From positions 1-53,802 of IMG/VR virus record IMGVR_UViG_3300036985_003294: a DNA stretch of 53,802 nucleotides; one strand, given 5' to 3'. Source of the stretch: a virus. Lineage: Duplodnaviria; Caudoviricetes. The stretch's first letter is position 1, and each line of letters opens with the position of its first letter. Positions 10,085 to 18,340 of the stretch are shown here, piece by piece. Under the pieces are notes generated by a model. The model was not told the DNA's origin. It did not search any database and saw only the letters and a list, made by a program, of their open reading frames with translations. The position numbers and the translations under genes are program-made.

Positions 10085-11230
10085 TTAGGGAGTGAGGATA
10101 GCTAAGGTGTTAGAGGAACCGCTTGTTATTTTAGACCAAGTGGTTAATATACCGACTTGCTTTGGGCTTGAGTAGTCTATCAAATTACCTAAACCCAATT
10201 GACCGACATTATTTTGACCCCAAGACCAAAGGGTTCCATCTGTTTTAGTTGTCCCAATGTATCTGTACCCACCTGCTATATTAAGCCAAGTTGTTAGTGA
10301 TCCCACTTGTTTTGGGCTTGAGTAGTCAGTTGTATTACCTAGACCTAACTGACCGAAGTTGTTCTGCCCCCAGACCCATAGAGTACCCTCTGTTTTAGTT
10401 GCTATGGTAAAATAACCACCACCTGCAATCTTAGACCAAGTTGTTAATGCACCTACTTGTTTAGGGCTTGAGTAGGTGGTAATATTGCCTAAACCTAGTT
10501 GACCTTGAGCGTTATAACCCCAAGACCAGAGTGTACCATCAGTTTTCGTGGTAATTGTGTGCAGGGCACCTGCGGCTATACTTAACCACGTTGTTAGAAC
10601 CCCAACTTGCTTAGGGCTTGAATATCCAGTTGTGTTGTTTAACCCCAGCTGACCCTCGCTATTTCTACCCCAAGACCAAAGGGTACCGTCAGTTTTAGTG
10701 GCTAAGGTGTGTAAATCCCCACCAGCAATCTTTGACCAAGTAGTAAGAGCACCTACTTGCACAGGGCTTGAACGATCACTTATATCACCTAATCCCAATT
10801 GGCCCACATTGTTCTGCCCCCATGTCCATAGTGTACCATCAGTTTTAGTGGCTATTGTATGATAACCCCCACTTGCTATATTTAACCAAGTGGTAAGTGC
10901 ACCTACTTGCTTAGGACTTGAGTAGTTAGTTATGTTACCTAGACCTAACTGACCCTTATTATTATAGCCCCACGTCCATAGTGTACCATCAGTTTTAATG
11001 GTAATTGTGTGATTGCCTTTCCCTGCACTCTTAGACCAAGTTGTTAGTGCACCTACTTGTACGGGACTTGAACGATTAGTTGTATCACCTAGACCTAACT
11101 GCCCTTCGGAGTTTCTACCCCAACTATAAAGAAAAGGCAGGCCTGTCCAAGTTCCCGCAGCTACGGCTTGCATTTGACTCTGTGGGGTCCACATGCCTGA
11201 ATATTGTACGTATGGATAAATTACTGGCAT
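10085..11230 (-). CDS. RCC1-repeat protein (paralog 2)
   Basis: About 7 RCC1 repeats of ~52 aa. Confidence 0.9.
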   Translation of the reverse strand: MPVIYPYVQYSGMWTPQSQMQAVAAGTWTGLPFLYSWGRNSEGQLGLGDTTNRSSPVQVGALTTWSKSAGKGNHTITIKTDGTLWTWGYNNKGQLGLGNITNYSSPKQVGALTTWLNIASGGYHTIATKTDGTLWTWGQNNVGQLGLGDISDRSSPVQVGALTTWSKIAGGDLHTLATKTDGTLWSWGRNSEGQLGLNNTTGYSSPKQVGVLTTWLSIAAGALHTITTKTDGTLWSWGYNAQGQLGLGNITTYSSPKQVGALTTWSKIAGGGYFTIATKTEGTLWVWGQNNFGQLGLGNTTDYSSPKQVGSLTTWLNIAGGYRYIGTTKTDGTLWSWGQNNVGQLGLGNLIDYSSPKQVGILTTWSKITSGSSNTLAILTP

Positions 11231-11239
11231 TGTATTTTC

Positions 11240-12382
11240 CTAATATTTGAGGGCTATGGTGCAGGAATAACCACTTGATATCCCATACCAAGTTGTTAAT
11301 GCACCTACTTGTACTGGGCTAGAGCGATAAGTCGTGTTTCCTTGACCTAACTGACCGCTACCATTACCTCCCCAAGCCCAAAGGGCACCATCTGTTTTAG
11401 TAGCTAGTGTATGGTAGCGTCCACCTGACACGTTAGACCAAGTTGTAAGCAACCCTACTTGCACAGGACTTGACCTATTAACTATATTACCTAAACCTAA
11501 ATTTCCTTCGCCGTTATACCCCCAAGACCACAATGTTCCGTCAGTCTTAGTGGCTAAAACATAGGATGGTCCGCATGTTACTTTAGACCATGTTGTAAGT
11601 GCACCTACTTGTACTGGAGAAGATGTATCAGTAGCTGGCGATCCTGACGTACCTAGGCCTAACTGCCCCGAATCGTTTCTACCCCAAGACCATAAGGTTC
11701 CATTTGTTTTGGTTGCTACAGTATGATAAAACCCACCCGCTACATTTAACCAAGTTGTAAGTGCACCTACTTGTACAGGACTAGACCTATTAACTGTAGT
11801 TCCTGAGCCCAATTGACCGTAAGTATTCTGACCCCATGACCATAAAGTGCCATCAGTTTTAGTTGCTAGGGTAAAGTATTGACCTGCAGATACATTAAGC
11901 CAGTCCGTTAGTAATCCTACTTGCACTGGGCTTGAACGGGTAGCTACATTACCTAGACCCAATTGCCCAGCCTGATTATATCCCCAAGCCCATAGAGTGC
12001 CATCAGTTTTAGAGGCCAAGGTGTGCTGCGCCCCACCTGCTACGTTAGACCAATTAGTAAGAGTCCCTACTTGCTTAGGGCTTGAGTAGTAAGTTAAATT
12101 ACTCAGCCCTAATTGACCTCTGTTATTACGCCCACAAGCCCAAAGAGTACCGTTGGTTTTAGTACTTATTGTGAAATTTTCACCTGATGTAATGTTTAAC
12201 CAAGTTGTTAATGCACCTACTTGCTTAGGACTTGAGTAACTAGTTGTATTGCCAAGACCTAACTGACCATCAGTGTTTAACCCCCAACTCCACATCTCAT
12301 AGGTATAGGCACTAGGCGTAGGAGCAACCAAAGGGTTAAAGAGCCCTGCTTGTATGAACCCTGCTAAATATCTTTGCGACAT
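11240..12382 (-). CDS. RCC1-repeat protein (paralog 1)
   Basis: About 7 RCC1 repeats of ~52 aa. Confidence 0.9.
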   Translation of the reverse strand: MSQRYLAGFIQAGLFNPLVAPTPSAYTYEMWSWGLNTDGQLGLGNTTSYSSPKQVGALTTWLNITSGENFTISTKTNGTLWACGRNNRGQLGLSNLTYYSSPKQVGTLTNWSNVAGGAQHTLASKTDGTLWAWGYNQAGQLGLGNVATRSSPVQVGLLTDWLNVSAGQYFTLATKTDGTLWSWGQNTYGQLGSGTTVNRSSPVQVGALTTWLNVAGGFYHTVATKTNGTLWSWGRNDSGQLGLGTSGSPATDTSSPVQVGALTTWSKVTCGPSYVLATKTDGTLWSWGYNGEGNLGLGNIVNRSSPVQVGLLTTWSNVSGGRYHTLATKTDGALWAWGGNGSGQLGQGNTTYRSSPVQVGALTTWYGISSGYSCTIALKY

Positions 12383-12392
12383 TGCAGTCTCC

Positions 12393-12764
12393 TTATGTTA
12401 TTTCTTCCCACGAAGCTGTTACCACCAATGCCGTAGCTGTACCTGCAGTAGCACCTATAGACTTATCTTCAAGCAAATAGAACGCTGTGGTTTTGTCTGT
12501 TACGATCAATGAAGCATAAGCTGGCACTGAGATAGTTGAAGCTATTGGAAATGCTGTACCACCTAGAGCCGCTGCGCTATACACGTTAATAGTGATGTTA
12601 GCCGCTGAAGCAGAGGTGTTAGCCACAACAATAGAGTCTATTTTATAGACCTTACCACTTGAGGCTGCATTACTTGCCACAGAAGTTGCAGAGGTTGTAG
12701 TCAGTGAAGTTGTACTGGTGTTACCATTAATTACGGTAACATTAACTATATTTGGGTTTGCCAT
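12393..12764 (-). CDS. Virion structural protein (tail-fibre associated)
   Basis: MANPNIVNV...KIDSIVVAN...SWEEIT; beta-rich; tail cassette context. Confidence 0.55.
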   Translation of the reverse strand: MANPNIVNVTVINGNTSTTSLTTTSATSVASNAASSGKVYKIDSIVVANTSASAANITINVYSAAALGGTAFPIASTISVPAYASLIVTDKTTAFYLLEDKSIGATAGTATALVVTASWEEIT

Positions 12765-12773
12765 CGTTGTTCC

Positions 12774-13328
12774 TTAAAAGCCGAAAATCATAGCCATAGC
12801 AATGGCTTTACCTGTTGTTATACCACTAGCCGCTGGGGCGGTAGACGCCCAAGTCGTGCCGTTACTTGTTAAAACATTACCTGAAGTGCTAGGAGCTACT
12901 GTTAAAGGGGCAGAGGCTCCATTCCCTAAAATAACATTGTTAAGCGGCAGTGTTGCTGCGCCAGTACCACCAGACCCTACAGGCAAAGGTGTAGGTAACA
13001 CTAACGCCCCACTACTATCCAGATTAACAGATTTGCCAGCCGGGTATGTACAGAATACATCTTTAGTACCTGTTGTAAACGTAACAGCTGCACCACCATT
13101 GCTAGATGCTAATACTGTTGTTCTAGTTAATAACCCTGCACTTACTGTTCCTAAGCCAACTTCCCACTCAGCTGTCCCTGTATTTGTAATACCGTAATAC
13201 GTTGTATTGGTATTGCCTATTGCTGTTGAAAAAGCCTGATATCCACTTATAGCGCCTGTAAGTACAAGTGCGCCCGTACCTATTGATGTACTAGCTTCTC
13301 TAACCCTATCTGCTAAAACTAATGCCAT
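12774..13328 (-). CDS. Short tail fibre / adaptor protein
   Basis: MALVLADRV.E, WEVGLGT, KDVFCTYPA, GNVLTSNGTTW, GKAIAMAMIFG motifs. Confidence 0.65.
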   Translation of the reverse strand: MALVLADRVREASTSIGTGALVLTGAISGYQAFSTAIGNTNTTYYGITNTGTAEWEVGLGTVSAGLLTRTTVLASSNGGAAVTFTTGTKDVFCTYPAGKSVNLDSSGALVLPTPLPVGSGGTGAATLPLNNVILGNGASAPLTVAPSTSGNVLTSNGTTWASTAPAASGITTGKAIAMAMIFGF

Positions 13329-13341
13329 GATCTTCTCCCGA

Positions 13342-13791
13342 TTATGCTAAGCGTAATATAGCACTTGTGCTATTGGCTGCAGGGAATATAACTGTGAAGG
13401 TACCTGTTGTAGAGGTCTTATCAGCCCCAAAGTCTAGCACTGCAACAGCTGCATTGCCTTGTGAGCTATTATAAATCAAAGCCCCTCTAGCAGTTATAGT
13501 AGCAGCAGCCCAAGAAGCATTAGCAAACGATAAGAACGCAGTTGTGCCTGTAAACGTAGGTAGAGTAGATACCGTTAATGTAATACCTCCTGCTGTGTAC
13601 CCTACACCTGTAACTTCATCTGAAGTAGTGTATGCTCCAGTGGTTGCATCCAGAGTTGCTGTAGAACTATATAGGGCGATTTTAAATACATCTTGAGCTG
13701 TTGATGCACGTATAACACCTATCCCAAAATTATGTACACCGTCAAATAGACCTACTTTAAATGAAGTCGCTAAACTTTGTGTTATAGCCAT
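13342..13791 (-). CDS. Virion structural protein
   Basis: FKIALY...GYTAGG.TL...ARGALIYN...VLDFGADK conserved structural-protein pattern. Confidence 0.65.
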   Translation of the reverse strand: MAITQSLATSFKVGLFDGVHNFGIGVIRASTAQDVFKIALYSSTATLDATTGAYTTSDEVTGVGYTAGGITLTVSTLPTFTGTTAFLSFANASWAAATITARGALIYNSSQGNAAVAVLDFGADKTSTTGTFTVIFPAANSTSAILRLA

Positions 13792-13820
13792 TATAATACC
13801 TTATGTTAATTATGTTTATA

Positions 13821-14456
13821 TTAGGAAACGGGAAGCCGTATTTGCCCATCACGATATGCTGTTCTTCGTTCTTTACCATCACCCATCAGTTTTAGTAAGC
13901 TCAAAGATTCTTGATATTTTTGCTCATAATTGGCAATAACATCGGGTTCACCTTTTTGGTATACGCCAGCTTCTCGTAAAGACCCATATAGTAATACTGA
14001 CTCAAAGTGATCCCCAACCCAAGTTGTACCTGCTGTCACAATAGACTCAGGGTAATAATACTCATGCAGTTCAACTTGGTATACAGCATCGGGCGTAGGC
14101 CCTAAAATAAATGTCGTATCAGAAAACTGACCGAAGTACTTTGGCATACCTTGACCACTAGGACTTGGATACGCTTCTCTAATAAAGTTAACATCTTTAT
14201 CTATAAGAAAATGCTGGTCCCCTGCACTATCAAATACAGCAAATGAAAACGTAGCTAAATAGTCACTAGGGAGCTGTAAATACTTTAACCCACTCACAGT
14301 ACTACTTAATACGTTTCTACGTATAGCGGGCAACTGAACGCTATTATAAATACGTTCTTCTGCAATATTAACAAAATTAGGTATGTTATCTACAAAGGAT
14401 TGCTCTGTAGTTTCCGCGTAGTTACAAATAGCACTTACGAGCTGGGTATAGTTCAT
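13821..14456 (-). CDS. Head-tail adaptor / tail tubular protein A-like
   Basis: MNY..L..AI..Y, F...AE.RI, G.PKYF, GPTPD..Y.VEL, LLYGSL.EA. Confidence 0.7.
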   Translation of the reverse strand: MNYTQLVSAICNYAETTEQSFVDNIPNFVNIAEERIYNSVQLPAIRRNVLSSTVSGLKYLQLPSDYLATFSFAVFDSAGDQHFLIDKDVNFIREAYPSPSGQGMPKYFGQFSDTTFILGPTPDAVYQVELHEYYYPESIVTAGTTWVGDHFESVLLYGSLREAGVYQKGEPDVIANYEQKYQESLSLLKLMGDGKERRTAYRDGQIRLPVS

Positions 14457-14459
14457 CAG

Positions 14460-14615
14460 TTACGCCATTGGACCACGAGCGATGGTTCCTTTTGTAGCAG
14501 CCCCATTACCACGGGTTTTAACACCTGTAGTTTTAATATCTTTTTGAGGATAGCCTGATGTATTAGCAGCAGGTGCTGGTTTAATTTGTGGGTATTTGTC
14601 AGATAGAATAGTCAT
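14460..14615 (-). CDS. Small basic virion-region protein (51 aa)
   Basis: Read by eye: MTILSDKYPQ...KTTGVKTRGNGAATKGTIARGPMA. Confidence 0.65.
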   Translation of the reverse strand: MTILSDKYPQIKPAPAANTSGYPQKDIKTTGVKTRGNGAATKGTIARGPMA

Positions 14616-14624
14616 AAGTTTCTC

Positions 14625-15014
14625 TTAATTTGTTGTAACTGTTACAGTTCCTACTTGCCCTACAGCAACTAGATCATTCGGTGTTAATGCACTATCAAAT
14701 TGACTAGCCCCACCAACAGGGTTCCATCCCCATTGTATTTGTCTACTACCACCGCTCGGGTTATTATTAATATTCAAACCCGATACTACGTAACTTGTAT
14801 CTCTACGTGGATTACGTAGAGCCTGTGGATCGCTTACAGGATACATTCCTACCTGTAACTGTGGTTGATCTGGCTCCCAACACGTAGGACACACTAAGAT
14901 ATTGGTTATCTTAGTCTTTATAGTAAGTGGGCGCAACGTTTTAAGTAAATACTCCATACCACAACGATCACACTGTGATATTGCAATCTTGCCACGGGCA
15001 TACTTAGAGCTCAT
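14625..15014 (-). CDS. Conserved hypothetical protein with CxxC..CxxC zinc ribbon
   Basis: CDRCG...VCPTCWEPDQPQL...PQALRNPR. Confidence 0.6.
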   Translation of the reverse strand: MSSKYARGKIAISQCDRCGMEYLLKTLRPLTIKTKITNILVCPTCWEPDQPQLQVGMYPVSDPQALRNPRRDTSYVVSGLNINNNPSGGSRQIQWGWNPVGGASQFDSALTPNDLVAVGQVGTVTVTTN

Positions 15015-15727
15015 TAAACAAACGCCACTCTTGGAACCATACGCACAGGTGCCTTTTCTCTATTTTCGTCACTTGCTAATTGGAACTGCTCGTCATATAC
15101 CATCTTTAATGCAGCTGCTCTATTAATATCAACACCCGGAAGCTTCATAGCTAAGTAATATGCCAATCCTGCGATAAGCGCAGGTAAAAACAAATAGGGT
15201 ATATCTTGTGTATTAATAGCATTACCAGCGTCTTGCATTCTTCTTAAACGCCAGTAAATAAAAGTGAACTGATTACCCGGAGATTGTGGTGTAGGCCATA
15301 CATTAATTGTAGGGTAGGCTACGCCTGTAGGAGTTGTTGCTCCTGATTGTCTATTTATCCATACTTGGATAGGTTTACCTAGTGCATTCTTGTTAGGGAT
15401 TGTCGAGTAAGTAGACCCTGAAATTCTTGATATAGTTATATCAGATTGATTTTGACCTGAGCCTGTACGGATAACTTGGTCAAGTAAATCAACGGTATCT
15501 ATAGGCAAGTCATACACCGCTTGCCCTGTAACCATAGGAATTGAGCCTTCTTCTACAGTCCAGAGATTTATACCCCGATTCCCCCACTCTGCAAAAAGAA
15601 GGTTAAGAGATCGTCTGGCTGTTTTAAAGTCATAACCACTACGAAGTTCAGCCCCGCAGCGTTCAAATGCTTCTTCAATAATCTCAGATAAGTCTAGATT
15701 AAATAGCGCGGTTCCAGTAGTGGTCAT
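15014..15727 (-). CDS. Head-tail connector protein
   Basis: EEAFERCG...ARRSLNLLF.EW.NRGINLW, GLAYYLA motifs. Confidence 0.7.
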   Translation of the reverse strand: MTTTGTALFNLDLSEIIEEAFERCGAELRSGYDFKTARRSLNLLFAEWGNRGINLWTVEEGSIPMVTGQAVYDLPIDTVDLLDQVIRTGSGQNQSDITISRISGSTYSTIPNKNALGKPIQVWINRQSGATTPTGVAYPTINVWPTPQSPGNQFTFIYWRLRRMQDAGNAINTQDIPYLFLPALIAGLAYYLAMKLPGVDINRAAALKMVYDEQFQLASDENREKAPVRMVPRVAFV

Positions 15728-15885
15728 TTCTTAGCCCGTTTGTTTTTAGTAAGAGGAGGAAAGCTTTTAGCTACTCCCCCTTTCTTATACATCTCTACAG
15801 CATTGGGATCGTCCTTACGGATAATCTTCTTACCTTTAGGCATCTTCGCAGGGTTAATGTCGCCCATGCCCCGTGAAGCCCTCAT
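15724..15885 (-). CDS. Small basic protein with YKKGG motif (53 aa)
   Basis: Read by eye: MRASRGMGDINPAKMPKGKKIIRKDDPNAVEMYKKGGVAKSFPPLTKNKRAKK. Confidence 0.7.
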   Translation of the reverse strand: MRASRGMGDINPAKMPKGKKIIRKDDPNAVEMYKKGGVAKSFPPLTKNKRAKK

Positions 15886-16538
15886 TAGCAGAGTCTACCT
15901 TTTGTTTTACCGCGTTGAGCAATACCATCACCACGTGATGCTGAAGACTTAACCATACCGCCAGTTTTCATACAAGATGATTTAGATTTAGCTTTAACAG
16001 AACCGCCTTTTTTCATATGTTCATTATCTTTAAAAGCCCCTCTTTTTTCAAAGTACGCTCTATCAGCATTAATACGTTTTTGTCTATCGGCATCTTCAGT
16101 ATTTGGAACTAATGCTTTAGTTATACGGGCACTTTGTTCAGCGTCACTCAAATTAGTGTCATACTTAGGTGTTGCTTTTTTAGCAGGAACTAATGCTTTA
16201 GTTATACGTCTAGCTTGTTCTGCATCACTTAAATTAGTGTCGTACTTAGGTGTTGCTTTTTTAGCAGGAACTAATGCTTTAGTTATACGTCTAGCTTGTT
16301 CTGCATCACTTAAATTAGTGTCGTACTTAGGTGTTGCTTTTTTAGCAGGAACTAATGCTTTAGTTATACGTCTAGCTTGTTCTGCATCACTTAAATTAGT
16401 GTCATACTTAGAAGACTTCTTAGCAGTAGCTGCTAAATCTGCAGGGCTAAATGTATCATTCTCTTCATCAGATACAGTGGGCATATCTTCCCATTTAATC
16501 TTTGGATTACTTGGTTTATTGTAATATTTAGTAGCCAT
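15885..16538 (-). CDS. Basic repeat-containing protein with KGG motifs and GKTKGR C-terminus
   Basis: 217 aa with ~4 x 27-aa repeats; MKKGGSVK and MKTGGMVK motifs. Confidence 0.7.
   Translation of the reverse strand: MATKYYNKPSNPKIKWEDMPTVSDEENDTFSPADLAATAKKSSKYDTNLSDAEQARRITKALVPAKKATPKYDTNLSDAEQARRITKALVPAKKATPKYDTNLSDAEQARRITKALVPAKKATPKYDTNLSDAEQSARITKALVPNTEDADRQKRINADRAYFEKRGAFKDNEHMKKGGSVKAKSKSSCMKTGGMVKSSASRGDGIAQRGKTKGRLC
16105..16409. repeat. 81-bp coding tandem repeat, ~4 copies (KYDTNLSDAEQARRITKALVPAKKATP)
   Basis: Near-identical DNA units visible at 81-bp period. Confidence 0.9.
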
Positions 16539-16804
16539 TATACAAACCTACCTTTTGTTTTACCACGTTGAGCGCAGCCATCGGCTTTAGAAGAAGCTGA
16601 AGATTTAACTGAGCCGCCTGATTTATAATACTTTGAGCCACTAAAGTCTTTACTAGGGGAATCTCCTAAACCGAACTTCTTACTTAACTCAGCATCACGT
16701 TTAGATTCACGTTGATCCTTTGCTAAATCTGCCATTTTACGTTGTTCATTAGCATTTAGTACTTCAGTTTTATTTGCATCAGGTTCTACTTTTTTAGTAG
16801 CCAT
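16538..16804 (-). CDS. Small basic protein (YKSGGSVK; ADG..GKTKGRFV)
   Basis: 88 aa; C-terminal motif shared with neighbours. Confidence 0.7.
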   Translation of the reverse strand: MATKKVEPDANKTEVLNANEQRKMADLAKDQRESKRDAELSKKFGLGDSPSKDFSGSKYYKSGGSVKSSASSKADGCAQRGKTKGRFV

Positions 16805-17193
16805 TATACGAACCTACCTTTAGTCTTACCTTTAGTTGCAACGCCGTCAGCAGCTTTTACAAAACCACCAGCTCTATAACATTTACCACCAGCTTTCATT
16901 TTTTTAGCAGGTTCAGACTTCTCACCTTTAGCGTATTGCATAGGGGTAATCTTACCAGACTTAATAGCTTTCGCTTCTTTAAGCTCTTCGCTTACAGACT
17001 CTTTGCCTTTAAACATGTTCTTTAGATCAACTTTTTTAGCTGCCATTTTACCACCCTCGTTAAATTTCTTACCTTTATCAGCGGCAGCAAAGTCTTTTCC
17101 TACCGATTGCGGAACACCCGCTTTTTTAGCAAACTTAGGACTATGAGCAATCATCTCCATAAAGTTATGTTGTTTAATACTTTTAGAAGGAAT
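16804..17193 (-). CDS. Small basic protein, probable ATT start (MPSKSIKQHNFMEMIAH...)
   Basis: AAGGAG-N7-ATT extends the ORF-track ORF by 11 codons in frame; GG motifs and GKTKGRFV end. Confidence 0.7.
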   Translation of the reverse strand: MPSKSIKQHNFMEMIAHSPKFAKKAGVPQSVGKDFAAADKGKKFNEGGKMAAKKVDLKNMFKGKESVSEELKEAKAIKSGKITPMQYAKGEKSEPAKKMKAGGKCYRAGGFVKAADGVATKGKTKGRFV

Positions 17194-17222
17194 TTGCGTT
17201 CTCCTTAATCTTGGTATATACT
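17194..17222 (+). promoter_or_regulatory. sigma70-like promoter for HNH gene
   Basis: TTGCGT-N17-TATACT. Confidence 0.6.
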
Positions 17223-17254
17223 ATCATTATCAATTTAACTATAGAGAAAAGATA

Positions 17255-17779
17255 ATGCCTAAAAAACTTACTTGTAAATACTGTAACATATGTGGTATCC
17301 CAGTACTAGGAATAAAGAGGAAAGATAGAAACGCCTACCATTACCCACCTAGATGTACAACTTGTTCTCGTAAAGCTTTTGACCCAGAAGTTATTGCTAC
17401 CAAACTTCGAGTTATTTCTGAAATACGAAAACCATCATCCCCTATTGGTGCTACAAGAATACATAAAAGTAAAGAAAACTTAAACTATATAGTAATCAAA
17501 ATAGCAGAACCTAATGTTTGGAAATATGAGCATCGAGTTATAACAAATGCTAAATCCTCTCAACAAGTCCATCATATTAACGGTAATACCTTAGATAATC
17601 GGTTAGAAAATCTTGTTCTACTGTCTCCTAAAGAACACCGCATTGAACATGGCTTACAACAAAAATGGTCTAGAGCCTTTGAATCTTGTGTAGAGTGCAA
17701 ATCTACTTTACGTAAACATTTATCTCTTGGGTTATGTACTGCATGTTATCAAAGACTTAAATACATTCCGACTAAATGA
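17255..17779 (+). CDS. HNH homing endonuclease, antisense to structural operon
   Basis: YEHRVI...VHHINGNTLDNRLENL.L....H; CxxC pairs. Confidence 0.85.
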   Translation: MPKKLTCKYCNICGIPVLGIKRKDRNAYHYPPRCTTCSRKAFDPEVIATKLRVISEIRKPSSPIGATRIHKSKENLNYIVIKIAEPNVWKYEHRVITNAKSSQQVHHINGNTLDNRLENLVLLSPKEHRIEHGLQQKWSRAFESCVECKSTLRKHLSLGLCTACYQRLKYIPTK

Positions 17780-17780
17780 T

Positions 17781-18047
17781 TTACTTGGCACCGCACTTCC
17801 ACCTTTTTAATGATGCGGCCTTACGTGTTGGGTTGCCACTCTCATCCTTCATAGGACCCGGCATACCTGACATTCTAGCACAAAATGATTTCTTTCTTGG
17901 ACCGCCTTCTGGTTGAGGTGCTTTTAAGTTAGAGCCTGTAGCATTGTTATACTTGGATCGGCCTTTGGCAGTCAAACCTGCACCCTTAGACACAGGTAAC
18001 TTCTCACCTCTACCAACTGATAAAACTGGAGCTTTTTTAGTAGCCAT
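17781..18047 (-). CDS. Conserved basic phage protein (NLKAP...RKKSFCARM...LKRWKC)
   Basis: 88 aa; motif typical of aquatic phage structural regions. Confidence 0.65.
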   Translation of the reverse strand: MATKKAPVLSVGRGEKLPVSKGAGLTAKGRSKYNNATGSNLKAPQPEGGPRKKSFCARMSGMPGPMKDESGNPTRKAASLKRWKCGAK

Positions 18048-18340
18048 TAGTGTTTAACCATATCAATAAACCAAGTAATAAGAGTAGCTACAGATGCGCC
18101 TATACCCCCAACCACTAGTAACAACTTCCATCCACCTTTAGCTTCAGAGAGTATTACACCGATATTTTTAAGAGCTTCTTTTATCTCATCAATATCTTTA
18201 ACCATTTTATCCATATCTGCCTGTAAATGCCTTATGTCTGCACTATGGGTAGCAAGCTCTCTTACTGTTTGCATTGCCGGGTCGTCCAATCTTTGATGTT
18301 CCATATTATATAGAGTATCTGAGTTGTGTGGTTGGGTCAA
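18047..18340 (-). CDS. Coiled-coil protein with C-terminal TM segment
   Basis: LSEAKGGWKLLLVVGGIG... hydrophobic tail. Confidence 0.55.
   Translation of the reverse strand: MTQPHNSDTLYNMEHQRLDDPAMQTVRELATHSADIRHLQADMDKMVKDIDEIKEALKNIGVILSEAKGGWKLLLVVGGIGASVATLITWFIDMVKH

Noticed and set aside
7063-12382. Diversity-generating retroelement acting on the RCC1 genes
   Set aside because: No reverse transcriptase in the window and no template/variable repeat pair differing only at adenines was seen
17194-17780. Group I intron around the antisense HNH
   Set aside because: No recognisable intron core, flanks are too short, and a new RBS and start explain expression without splicing
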